This document shows positions 26,071 to 38,342 of a DNA stretch of 64,000 nucleotides, in pieces. Under the pieces are notes generated by a model that had not been told where the DNA came from, ran no database searches, and saw only the letters and a program-made list of their open reading frames with translations. Each line of letters opens with the position of its first letter. The first letter of the stretch is position 1. Location: positions 67,334,001 to 67,398,000 of the forward strand of contig NC_086108.1 in NCBI RefSeq assembly GCF_963921235.1, written 5' to 3'. Made by a program: the position numbers and the translations under genes. Origin of the DNA: Mobula hypostoma (taxonomy: Eukaryota).

Positions 26071-26720
26071 GAAATGGTGAGGCCACTCTCAGGTTGGAGG
26101 AGCAATACCTCATATTCCATTTCCAGCAACACTTTTTTGGCAAGATGGCGGCTTTTATGGGGTCAACAAAAGGTGCTACTGTTCTATCTTCTCAAGACCC
26201 TGCTATACATTAAGAACGTAAAGGTACTGTAGGTCTACACCATCAACAAGTTGCTAGCTGGCTGAGATAATGAAGGAGCTGCACAATGTTTTGTTGCCTG
26301 AGTTGATGGAAACTTACAGTCAAATAGCAAGTGGCCATCATAATTGTTTTTCTTGTGACTGCAAGACCTCTTTGGACATTGTTAATCTAGTGTGCTGCAA
26401 GTTCAATTTGCTTATTTATTGGATGAGAGTAGGAGCAAATGGAGGGGGGAGCTCCTTGGTCATAGCAAGGACTAGGCCTGAAGCCTTGGTGCCAGCTGTT
26501 TGCAGCAGCCTGGAGTGAGGGGATGAAACCATTGGTGCTTCACTGGGGGCAGTGTGGTGCGGCATTGCTGCCCTTCCAAAATTTTGCCGGGCAGCAGGCA
26601 AGCTCTGTTGTGGCCAACTGCAGGTTTTTTTATTTGAGTGCATTCAATGAACTTGGGACCTGAAGCTGTGGAGGGTGCATAGCACAGTTGTGGCAACTGA
26701 AGATTTCAAATGGACTAAGG

Positions 26721-27088
26721 CAGGGGTCCCCAACCTTTTTTGCACTGCGGACCAGTTTAATATTGACAATATTCTTGCGGACTGGCAGTCAAATACGTTG
26801 TGTTTACCCAGAAATAGACTACAATGACCATGAAGCCTTGTGCACGCACCAGTGCGCATGCGCGTCGTAACCTGCTGATTTTTTTTTCCCTGCAAATCCT
26901 TTTTGGCGGTTCTGTACCGGGGGGGAGGTGTTAATCACGACCGGAATATAGGTGATAAGTGGCTAATACACTCAATTTCATTTCTAAAAGGGTTTATCTA
27001 ACGAATTTAATATTAAACACAGCGCATATTTTCCTCGCATGAATATAGTGGTAAGTTAATTATCAGGGGAACTTGAAGTAAGTGTTGA
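26721..27088. mobile_element. hAT-type non-autonomous element, left part
   Basis: Begins caggggtccccaaccttttttgcactgcggacc; no matching right TIR found. Confidence 0.65.
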
Positions 27089-27828
27089 GCGAACTTCCAG
27101 TAGAAGTGGCAGAAGCAGGTTCGATATTATCATTTAAAGTAAAGTTGGATAGCTATATGGACAGGAAAGGAATGGACGGTTATGGGCTGAGTGCAGGTCA
27201 GTGGGACTAGGTGAGAGTAAGAGTTCGGCACGGACTAGAAGGGCCGAGATGGCCTGTTTCCGTGCTGTAATTGTTATATGGTTAAGTTGGGTCTTTATTC
27301 TTTGGAATGTAGAAGGCTGAGGGGGACGAGATAGAGGTGTTTAAAATTATGAGGGGGATAGATAGAGTTGATGTAGATAGGCTTTTTCCATTGAGAGTGG
27401 GGGAGATTCAAACAAGAGGACATGAGTTGAGAGTTAAAGGGCAAAAGTTTAGGGGTAACATGAGGAGGAACTTCTTTACTCAGAGAGTGGTAGCTGTGTG
27501 GAACGAGCTTCCAGCAGAAGTGGTTGAGGCAGGTTCGATGTTGTCATTTAAAGTTAAATTGGATAGCTATATGGACAGGAAAGGAATGGAGGGTTATGGG
27601 CTGAGTGCAGGTCGGTGGGACTAGGTGAGAGTAAGAGTTTGGCACGGACTAGAAGGGCCAAGATGGCCTGTTTCTGAGCTGCAATTGTCATCTGGTTTTA
27701 TATATATGGTTATATAACACTCATTGGTCTATAATTCCCAGGATTATCCCTATTAGCTTTCTTGAACAATGAATCAACATTTGCTGTCCTTCAATCCTCT
27801 GACCAGAGAGGTCACTAAGATAAGAAAA

Positions 27829-30010
27829 GTAACACACACAAAGTCCAGAGGAACTCAACAGGCCAGGCAGCATCTATGGCAAAGAGTAAACAGTCAACAT
27901 TTTGGGCTGAGACCCTTCACTAGGGCTGGAAGAAAAAGATGAGGAGTCAGAGTAAGAAAGTGGGAGGGGGTCGGGAGGGGAAGTAGGTGATAGATGAAAG
28001 CGGGAGGGCTGAAGTAAAGAGCTGGGAAGTCAACTGGTGAAAGAGATAAAGGACTGAAGAAGGGGGAGTTTGATAGGAGAGGACAGAAGACCACAGAAGA
28101 AAGGGAGGGGAAGGAGCACCAGAAGGGGCTGATGGGCAGGGAATTAAATAAAGAGACAGGGAAATGGGAATGGAGAATGGTGAAGGAAGGTGGGGAAATT
28201 GCCAACAGTTTGATAAATTGATGTTCATGCCATCAGTTTGGAGGCTACCCCAATGGAATACAAGATGTTGTTCCTCCAATCTGAGTGTGGCCTCATTGCG
28301 GCAGCAGAGGAGGCCATGGACTGACATGTCAGAATGGCAATGGGAAGTAGAATTGAAATGTGTGGTCATTGGGAGATGCATCTTTTTCTGGCAGATGGAG
28401 TGTAGGTGCTCAGTGAAGTGATCTCCTAATCTACCTTGGGCCACACCGGGAACACTGGGTACAGTAGATGACCCCAAAAGACTCGGAGGTGAAGTGTTGC
28501 CTCACCTGGAAGGACTGTTTGGGGCCCTGAGTGGTAGTGAGGGAGGAGGTGTGGCACTTGTTCCACTTACAAGGATAAATACCAGGAGGGAAATCAGTGG
28601 AGAGGGACAAATGGACAAGGGAGTCGCATAGGGATCGGTCCTTGCGGAAAGCAGAAAGTGGGGTGGAGGGGTGTGATCCTGTTGGAGATGATGGAAGTTC
28701 TGAAGAATTATGTATTGGATGTGGAGGCTAGTGGGGTGGTAGGTGAGGGCAAGAGGAACCCTATCCCTGGTAGGGTGGTGGGAGGATGGGGGTGCAGGCA
28801 GAGATGCGCTTGAGGGCAGCATTGATGGTGGAGGAAAGAAAGCCCATTTCTTTGAAGAAGGAGAGCATCTCCTTTGTTCTCAAATGAAAAGCCTCATTCT
28901 GTGCACAGAAGTAATGGAGGCAGAGGAATTGGGAGATGGGGATGAATATTTTTACAAGTGGCAGGATGGGAAGAGGTCTAGCCCAGGTAGTTGTGAGAAT
29001 CAGTGGGTTAATAGATAAACGTAGATAAACTGTCTCCGGAGACAGAGACAGAGAGATCGAGAAAGGGGAACGAGATGTCAGAAATGGACCAGGTAAATTT
29101 GGGGGCAGGGTGGAAGTTGGAGGTGAAGTTTATGAAGTTGACGAGCTCGGCATAAGTGCAGGAAGCAACACCAATGCGGTCGTTGATGTCGCGTAGGAAA
29201 AGTTGAGTGTTGGCTTGGAACATAGATTGTTAAACATAGCTGACAAAAAGGCAGGCATTTCTGGGACCCATGCGAGTGCCCATGGCTACACCTCTTGTTT
29301 GAAGGAAGTGGGAGGAGTCAAAGAAGAAATTATTGAGAGTGAGGACTAGTTCCTCCGCTAGATGGAGGAGAATGGTGATGGAGGGAACTGGTTGGGGCAG
29401 ATGTCCAGAAAGAAGCAAAGAGATTTGAGGCCTTCCTGATGGGGGATGGAGGTGTATAGGAACTGGACGACCATAGTGAAAATGAGAAGACCAGGGAACT
29501 TGAAGTCATTGAAAAGATCGAGGGCTTGTGAAGTGTCACGGATGTAGATTGGAAGGAGCTGAAACAGAGGGATAATACAGAGTCAGCGTATACAGATACA
29601 AGTTCAGTGGGGCAGAACAAGCTGAAACAATGGGTCTACCTAGACAGGCAGGTTTGTGGATCTTGGGTAGGAGGTAGAAATTGGAAGTGCGGGATAAGGG
29701 AACTATGAAGTTGGTGGAAGTGGATGGGAGATCCCCTGAGTTAATAAGGTCAGTGATGGGGCGGGTGACAATGGTCTGGTGCTCCTTATTGGGGTCTTGT
29801 TCAAGGGGTAAGTAAGAGGAGGTGCCTGAGAGTTGTCGCCTGGCCTCGGCAAGGTAGAGGTCAGTGTGCCAGACTACTACAGCACCCCTCCTTATCTTCG
29901 GGTTTGATGGTGAGGTTAGGATTAGTGCAGAGAGAGTGGAAGGCAGTGTGTTTGAAAGGAGTGAGGTTAGAATTGGAGAGAGGAGGAGTAATGTTGCTAA
30001 GATCATCGTC
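27829..30010 (-). mobile_element. Penelope-like retroelement (RT + GIY-YIG), decayed
   Basis: GAVVVW..YLAEARRQL, FYLLPKIHKP..GRPIVSAC, GVAMGTRMGP, FLRDIND (YIDD equivalent), RLGDHFTEHL..HFNS. Degenerate hammerhead at 27891-27930. Confidence 0.92.
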
Positions 30011-30856
30011 AATGCCCCAGCTATCTCCTCCCTTGTTTCCTCTATTAACCTGGGGTATATCTTCTTTGGTGAGCCAGGGCTTTCTCGGGGTCTTATCTAT
30101 GTGGGAGGTCAGGGAGCCTCACAGTCTTTATTAACCTTATAATTTTAATTTATCATTTTGATATTTATGTTTGGAGTTCATTATTCAACATAGATATTTT
30201 CAATTGCATAAAAAAACTCTAGGTTTTGTCTCCAAGGCTTGTGCTGTAGAGTTAAAAATATGCCATATGTTTCTATAATTCTACTTCTTCAAGGCTTACA
30301 GTATAACATTTGTGATTAGGTTAAGCAACTGTTTTCGGAAAAGAGAGTGCTAATCAAAATGGTATTCAGTATGTAAAGCCAGCACAGAAGCTTCAATTGT
30401 TTTAGTTCCAGCCTAAGGCAAAGCCTGTTTGATGCAAGCCTGCTTTTATTCTTAAAGTCTCTCCTGCTACTTTCCAATTCATGCCAAAAAATATTCAGTA
30501 ATGCCAATCTGAATAAGTTAAAGTTTCTACTTTAACTTGGTGATAAATTTCCTTCCTTGTTTTTTTCTCTCCAATATATTTTGATTTCACAATTCCATCC
30601 ATTTAGTTTGTCAGGTCTTTAATAGTCTAATATGATGATTCTTCCAAGACGATAAACAGTGTGGGAAATATATCATGAATTTGAATGTTTTCAATATGCT
30701 ACTATACTTTCAAGTTATTTTTTACTTTTCTCCATAATACTAAATGCTATTTTGTGCACCAATGCTTTTGTCAGCTTCATATAACTTTAAAGATGAACTT
30801 AAGTTTAACTTATGTCAACAATATTTTTAAGATAACAAAATGGGCCTAAAGTGATG

Positions 30857-30990
30857 AAAACACAAAATAATCTGCAGATGCTGGGGTCAAAGCAACACTC
30901 ACAACACGCTGGAGGAACTCAGCAGGTTGGGCAGCATCCATGGAAAAGATCAGTTGACATTTTGGGTCGGAACCCTTCTTAAGTCCTGAC
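30857..30990 (-). mobile_element. PLE terminal (pLTR) fragment with degenerate hammerhead
   Basis: Near reverse complement of 60450-60572. Confidence 0.8.
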
Positions 30991-33966
30991 CAAAGGTACA
31001 GTATTGCATAGCTGAAGGCCAATGAAGGATTAGTGCACAGACAGAACTTGGTGCAAATTCAGTCTAGAGATAGCATAGAGTGGGGGTTTTGGTTGCAGGT
31101 AAAGTGAGATGAAGTTAAGCAAGGCTATCGAGTTGGGAGTAGGTTGCTGTTGTTATGGCAGAATACTTCACACTCAAACTTTACATCAAGGTTGCTGGGA
31201 GAACAATGGGGTCATGACCTTGGAAGAGTATAAGTGATGTGGAATGAAGCCAAAAATATTAGTTTTCCCAAAACTGGGTCATGGGAAATTTCTGACATTT
31301 AGAAACAGTTGTCAGCTACACACACTGGCAACTCATGAACAATGTTTAGGTCAAAAGGGATGGGAGTGAGTTTGAGTTGGGTGCTGTCAGCATATGAATC
31401 AGTGTATACACAGTGTTTTTAGGTAATACAATATGCAGCAAATATGGAGAGGGTGCTGAAGAAAGTGGGACCATTGGGAGATGGTCAACTGTGATGAAAG
31501 AGATTGTAGCTGCTTTCAATATTGACAGCAGAAGAAAAATGTTTGTAGAATAGTCACAGTCACAGAAAATGCAATTAGTGATTTTGAAAGGAGGTAACTT
31601 GTTAGTTTCAGACACTTTTTTAGACAGTGTGTTCCCTGAAAGTTGTGAATGAACTTTGAAGGCAACCACACATTTAATGACTAGTGTAAAAACTGGAGGT
31701 GATGGATGGGGTGGTACTTTGCATTTTGGAGGGGTCAAGTGTTCGTTAGGTTGAGGTACCAGATCATTCACTCAGACCCAAAGCCCTCTGTCCCACATTA
31801 ATCCTAAAGCTCTCCTTAGCCATGAGAGGCCTTCCTTCTGCTGTCCCTGTGTGATGCAGAGTGGATCACCTGTATCAACTGCTTTCAGAATCACTGCTGT
31901 TCAGAATATTTTCATTGTTAAAATGCAGCTTGATATAAAACATTAAAATAATTATTTAAGATTAAAATATCAAAAAAAAAACACTGTGCTGCTGTAAATT
32001 AATTGAAACTAAATAAAGGAAAATGTGAAAAAGTCCTTAAGTCACCAGTCCCATTCAAATGAAAGAGACAGGCCAATGATTATGAGCTGAAAGGAACCAT
32101 GTCATTACTCAATCAAACCTAATATCAACTAACATAGCAAGGGTTGGGAAAGGAAAACTACCTTCATATAAAAACAGTTCACCTAACACAGAGCACGCTT
32201 TGATTTCCTTTACTTTTACAATCTATAAATTTGGCCAGAAAAGACAAATTTTGTATTGTCCTTTGACCAGGTAAAGCATTTAGTATGTGCAGACATTTGT
32301 TCACCTGCTCCCAAACAAAATCATCAGTATTATTATGAATATTTTAACATTCAAGCTGTGGTTTTATGATGTAATGTGGTTGTTTGACAATGCAGAGTTT
32401 TCAATACACGACTTGCATCAGTTTGAGTGACTTCAGGTCACACATGCTATAACTGGCCTATAATGAACATTACAGGTAACAAAGGAGAAAGCACTCCTTT
32501 GAAATTATAGTTAAGGTATAAAAAAGGCAAACATGATTTACTTTTATCTATTGAAGCAAATGTTATCTTAAATTATCACATTTAGAAAACTTATTCAAAC
32601 AACCTCCAACTCCAGAAAATTCTTGTCTGACGGGGTATTATGGTAATCATCATTTTAAGATATTAAGTACAAAGTATCTATAAGACTATGACACGATTGT
32701 CAAGCAAACACTGCAGAGCATAGCAAGACACTTATATAATGTTCACCACCCAATTTTATCTGCATTTCACAAATTTCTACATGCAAACGTGTGATGCTGA
32801 CATTACCTCCTTATTCTCAAGTTGTATGTTCATAAATCATATTTCAAGTCTAACATTTCAAATAAGCACATCATAAACTATGCCTATGCCTCTAAAGAAA
32901 CCACCACTTCTTAGACATAAGAGCAGCGTAAAGAAATTGCGAAATATACCACTAATGAAGTGGAACTCCATCCAAATCTTTCTAGGCAAAACAGGCATTG
33001 TCAGTTCATTTACATGAGCCTGCACAGATCCACTTTTCTAAAGCAAAATGCCATCCTTAATTATTCCTAAAAGAAAAGATTGCTCGAGGGATTGGTAATT
33101 GCTTTCATTCCAAATGTGTAACAATAACAAACTAGGAGTCCTTTGAGTGAACTTTGAAGCTCCAGACATTTGGTGGGGGGGGGGGGGGGTTGGTGTGCAA
33201 GGTTGTGCAGAATTGTACCAATTTTGAAATGGACTGATGAAGTATAAACAGATTAAAGAAATACAAAGATAACCCAAAAAGAGATGATGACTGTGGGATA
33301 TGGTTAAAAACAGTTTATCTGTCAGAAGAAGTAAGTCAGTTGAGCATGAATTTTTGGTTCTGCTCATAAAAAGGGTTTTCAATTTACTCAGCAAATCAAG
33401 CAAACAAAGCTAATATTTCAGGACCAGACCAATCGTTAGTTAGTCTTTCATGAACTCTTTATCTGCACTGATGCTCCTTGAATGAGTTTTCTGTTCATTT
33501 CTTAATTGCTCATGATTGGACCTTTATTACAGGAATTGTTGTTTGTCTATTTGACTTTGAAGGATATCACAGTTGATTTTAATCCTAACCTCTCATGCAC
33601 TTGTGCCTTCAAACCAAAACTGGTGAATAAAGTTTATGAGCTGATCTTCCCTCCCTCTCTCAGGTATGTAATTCTCAGATGTGTCAAAATTAAGTGCAAC
33701 AGTTGTATTCATTTTTACATAACATTTTAACATATGATTTAACTGTCTCCATTAGTCAAAACAATTTCATAACTTTATTTCCAGTAAAATATACATATTA
33801 TTATTTATTATATTCTATTTTGCTTTCAATGTAGTTTAAAAAACTTTACTTTAAGGTTTATGTAAACATGCATCTTGCTTCTGTTGTTTTCTGTGTCAAT
33901 TTATTCCTTTCAGTATAAACATGAGAGGAAAATGATGTGAGGTAATGCTAAGGAAAATCTACTTAC

Positions 33967-34092
33967 CTGGTAGAAATAGGATTTGTGGATAGTTGATGCC
34001 ACTGAGGTTATTAGCTTACAGGAAAAGACCCCACTATTGATGATTTTAAACCAACGATCAATAAGGGCACCCACAATAGCTTTCCCCCAGAC
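33967..34092 (-). other. Candidate host exon (126 nt, phase 0-0)
   Basis: Polypyrimidine acceptor ttttctcgtcctggtcctctttag and consensus donor CAG|GTAAGT. One open frame: VWGKAIVGALIDRWFKIINSGVFSCKLITSVASTIHKSYFYQ. Protein not recognised. Confidence 0.35.
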
Positions 34093-35409
34093 CTAAAGAG
34101 GACCAGGACGAGAAAAGACTTTTGTTTTAGTTGGGCTGAGGGGGAAGAAATTGTGATCTTTGCCAGAGAAGGAAGGAATGTTCAAGAAAAGCATTTCGAG
34201 GCTTTCTGAAGGGCATTGAGATAAATTTAATTAAAGAAGGGCAGATTCTGCAGGAGGACTATACATTAATGGTTGTTTTGCAACTTATGGGCATTTCTCA
34301 GCCATGAAATTCATGGATTCTGCACAGTCCTGGAACTCCTGACAACCATGTGTTGCATTTTGTACAGCAGTGTTCCAGTGTAACACTCCGTGCAAAATCG
34401 AATTGTAGAGCATGAAGCAGTAACAATTACCCAGCACTTAAACTGGGAAATCTGTTCAAACAACTGTGCCATTTTGGGAGTTCACCTTCACTGATTTTAA
34501 AGGAAACTTTGAGATATGTCAGAATATTTAAGGAGCATGTTCCCTTCTTGCTGCTGCCATCAGGAAGGGGATACAGAAGCCTGAGATCCCACACCACATG
34601 TTCAGGAACAGTTACACTGACAACAAATATTTTGCTTCCTGAATACTTTTGGGTGTATCGTATGGATTTTAGGCTGCTAACACATTTACTTTTTTGATAT
34701 TGCCTGTATTTGTTATTTCAATTCATAATTCAAGTCAATTAAAATATTGCCCACAATTTAAGCTGAAAACTTTTCCATCCTGTCCAGACATGCCTGGGCA
34801 TGCTTAACCAGGGCGGATGCTGCATGACAGGACAGGTTTTAGAAAGGCTATAAAAGCATCACACGCACACACTGTTCGATTCATTGTGTTTACATGTATA
34901 TCAGTTTGTGATCATGTTGATGTGCATGCTCTATGCACATAGCATGTTGTGTGGACTAATTGTAATAAATAAATTATATTTTCAGGAGTATTGTAATAGC
35001 AAAATGTTCTTGCCAATGTTGCAACAGTCGTGATACTTTCTGTTATTTGTGGCAAGTATACTCTTAAATCTCAAAGATGGAGCATGACTTCTCTTATTAA
35101 GAAAGCCTATGAGCTCTACTTTGGGTCTAAAATTGGCAAGCAAGACAAAGCCTGTCACTTGTTGTGCAACAGGCGCTGTCGATCTTAGAGCTTGATTCAG
35201 AGGGACTGGAAAGTCAGTGCCACTTGCTGTCCTGATGATGTGCCGAGAGCAGAAGGATCATTGACAGACTGCTGCTTCTGTCTGACCAGTGTGTCTGGTT
35301 TCTCTGCTAAAAATGAGAAATCTATTCGACACCCTAAAGTCCCTTTGGCCATGAGACCTGTGTCGCTTGATGATAGTCTTCCAGTACCAAAGCCACCAGA
35401 GCCTGGAGT

Positions 35410-37572
35410 CTAGAGGAGGCAGACAAAGATGTCATGATGCAGAAGCCAGGAATGGAAATGACTCGATGATTGGGAAGTTTTTAAAATCCAACAAAAGGCA
35501 ACTAAAAAAGCTATAAGAAAGGAAAAGATAAAATATGAGGGAAAACTAGCCGATACCAAGCAGGATACCAAAAGCTTTTTCAGTTCATATAAAGAATAAA
35601 AAGGAGGTGAGAGTTGATATTGGACCACTGGAAAACGATGCTGGTGAGGTAGTAATGGGGGACAAAGAAATGGCAGATGAACTTAATGCTACTTTGCATC
35701 AATCTTCACTGTGGAAGATACTAGCTGTATGCCAGATGTCCGTGAATGCCAGGAAACAGGAGTGAGGGAGTGAGTGCCATTGCAATTGCAAAGGAAAGAA
35801 TGCTAGGTAAACTCAAAGGTCTTAAGATGGATAAGTCACCTGGGCCAGATGGACTACATCCCAGAGTCCTGAAAGAGGTTGCTGAAGGGACAAAGTATGC
35901 ATTGATCATGATCTTTGAAGAATCACTTGATTCTGGCATGGTCCCGGAGAACTGGAAGATTGCAAATGTCATTCCACTCTTTAAGAAGGGAGGAAGGCAA
36001 AAGAGAGGAAATTATAGGCCAGTTAGCTTAACTTCGGTGTTTGGGAAAGTGTTAGAGTCCATTATTAAGGATGAGATTTCAGGGTGCTTGGGGACAAATG
36101 ATAAAATAACTCAAATTCAGCATGCTTTCTGTAAGGGAAAATCTTGCCTGACAAATCTGTAGGAATTCTTCGAAGAAGTAACTAGCAGGGTGGACAAAGC
36201 AGTCAGTGGATGCCATTTACTTAGATTTTCAGAAGGCATTTGTGCTTAATTGAGGCTGCTTAACAAGATAAAATCCTATGGTGTTGCAGGAAAGATACTG
36301 GCATGGATAGAGGAATGGCTGACAGCCAGGAGGCAGCAAGTGGGAATAAAGGGGGCCTTTTCTGGTTGGCTGCTAGTGGTGTTCCTCAGGGGTCAGGATT
36401 GGGACCACAACTTTTCACATTGTCTGTCAGTGATTCAAATAGTGGAATCGATGGCTTTGTGGCAAAGTTTGCAGATGATACAAAGATAGGTGGAGAAGTA
36501 GGTAGTGCTGAGGAAGCAATACGATTGCAGCAAGACTTAGACAAATTGGAAGAATGAGCAAAAAAGTGGCAGATGGAATACAATGTTGGGAAATATATGA
36601 TAATGCATTTTGGTAAAAGGAACAATAATGCAGACTATTATCTAAGTGTGAAATTCAAACATCAGGGGTACAAAGTGATTTAGGAGTCCTCGTGCATGAC
36701 TCCCAGAAGGTTAATTCATAGGTTTAGTCTGTGGTATAGAAGGCAAGTGCAATGTTGACATTTATTTCAAGGGGAATAGTATATAAAAACAAGGAGACAA
36801 TGCTGAAGCTTTATAGGACACCAGTCAGGCGACACTTGGAATATTGTCGCAACACGCATCAGAGTTGCTGGTGAACGCAGCAGGCCAGGCAGCATCAACC
36901 CAAGGGTTGACCCAAGGGTCTCGGCCCAAAACATCAACTGTACCTCTTCCTAGAGATGCTGCCTGGCCTGCTGCATTCACCAGCAACTTTGATGTGTGTT
37001 ACTTGAATTTCCAGCACCTGCAGAATTCCTCATGTTTGCGCCTTGGAATATTGTCAACAGTTTTGGGCCCTATATCTCTGAAAAGATGTGTTGTCATTGG
37101 AGAGAGTCAGAGGAGGTTTACAAGGATGATTCTGGGAATGAAGGGGTTAACAGATGAGGAGCATTTCGCAGCTTTGGGCCTGTACTCTCCAGAATTTGGA
37201 CGAATGCATGGGGATCTCATTGAAACCTACTGAATGTCCAAAGGTCTAGATAAGGTGGATGTGCTCTGGTGGGGGCATTCTGAACTAAAAGGCACAGCCT
37301 CAAAACAGAACAGAAGTAAGGAGGAATTTTTTTTAACCAAAGTGTGGTGAATCTATGGAATGCTCTGCCACAGACTGTGATTGAGGCCAAGTCTGTGGGG
37401 ATATTTAAAGCAGAAGTTGATAGATTCCTGACTGGTTGGGGCATCAAGGGATATGGTGAATGGGCAAGTGTAGGGGTTGGGTGGGATCCAGGATCAAGCA
37501 TGATGAAATGGTGGAGCAGACTCGATGGGCTGAATGGCCTAATTCTGCTCCTATGTCTTATGGTCTTATGGA
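35410..37572 (+). mobile_element. CR1 LINE ORF2, 5'-truncated
   Basis: KSPGPDGLHPRVLKE, WKIANVIPLFKKG..NYRPVSLTS, SGVPQGSGLGP, KFADDTK, then the 3' UTR ending tgtcttatggtcttatg. Confidence 0.92.
36849..37041 (+). mobile_element. Short fold-back PLE terminal insertion with 14-bp TSD
   Basis: TSD CTTGGAATATTGTC at 36835-48 and 37042-55; ~48-bp inverted arms around a degenerate hammerhead. Confidence 0.85.
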
Positions 37573-38342
37573 CCACTGTTACTGATGCAGATTTTGAACC
37601 CATCATATCGAGTGAGCCTCATCCGATAACACAACCTGAGTTAAGTGACCTGGTCAGAGACTTGGGTTTGTCAAAGGCAAAAGCAGAATTACTGGGTTCA
37701 AGACTGCAAAGTTGGAATCTGCTGTCACCAGGCACAAAACCTGTGTTTCTGCACTGACATTAGTTGGCTTTTGACTGATTTGGGTTGCCAGCATGACCCT
37801 CAACAATGATGTCTTCTATTGATTCTTCAGTGTTAAGCCTGACACTGTGCTGCGACACATCCTTCAACACCAATCGGCTGTGCAGTACACGAGAGAAAAC
37901 TGCTGGAGCTCAGCAGTCTTGTTGAAACACATACAGTACAGCAACTACAACTGGAACATCTGTGGCAATCGGAAACTTGTAGCATTGCTACTAGGAATGC
38001 TGCTCAGATCACCAAGTACTATTGTTTCATTTTGAATGGGGCAGTCCTGATAAAGAACTTCATTATGTTAAAAAGGATTGGCCATTCCATAAGCAATTGG
38101 TTCTTAGTCAGAAAAGTGTGGCACGTAGCCAATTGTAAACCCAAAAGTAGGCCCATGGTTTCTTGAAGGATCGCCAGGATCCTGAAGAAATAACAGATTA
38201 ATACCATCCACAAACCTGTAAGGAAGCTCAAATCACAGATTATGCAGGTCAAAGATGACCTGGGACTCAGGTCGCCTGGTGATTACGGGATTCCCTGTGA
38301 ATGCGGAGCAGCGTATATCAGGCAGACATGACACACACATCA

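Larger units (their letters stand above)
23870..27715 (+). mobile_element. CR1 LINE RT/3' part split by a composite insertion (24692-27283)
   Basis: YMDFSKAFDKVPH..GVPQGSVL..YADE and VRPNLEYCVQFW. Sequence ...ttgaacaagtt (24691) resumes as aagttgggtctttattc at 27284 and runs to the CR1 3' end. Confidence 0.85.
34615..38145 (+). mobile_element. Chapaev3-like (CMC) DNA transposon remnant split by a CR1
   Basis: CACTG start. Decayed transposase: KKAYELYFGSKIG, DCCFCLTSVSGFSAKN..RPVSLDDSLPVPKPPE (to ~35405), resuming at ~37573 with DFEP..EPHPITQPELSDLVRDLGLSKAKAELLGSRLQ and NWNICG..VALLLGM. Family assignment is from motif recognition. Confidence 0.7.

Noticed and set aside
30316..30510. Possible terminal exon on the minus strand (one frame ends ...GLHQTGFALGWN*)
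   Set aside because: That frame needs a frameshift after the candidate acceptor, and no frame gives a recognisable protein.
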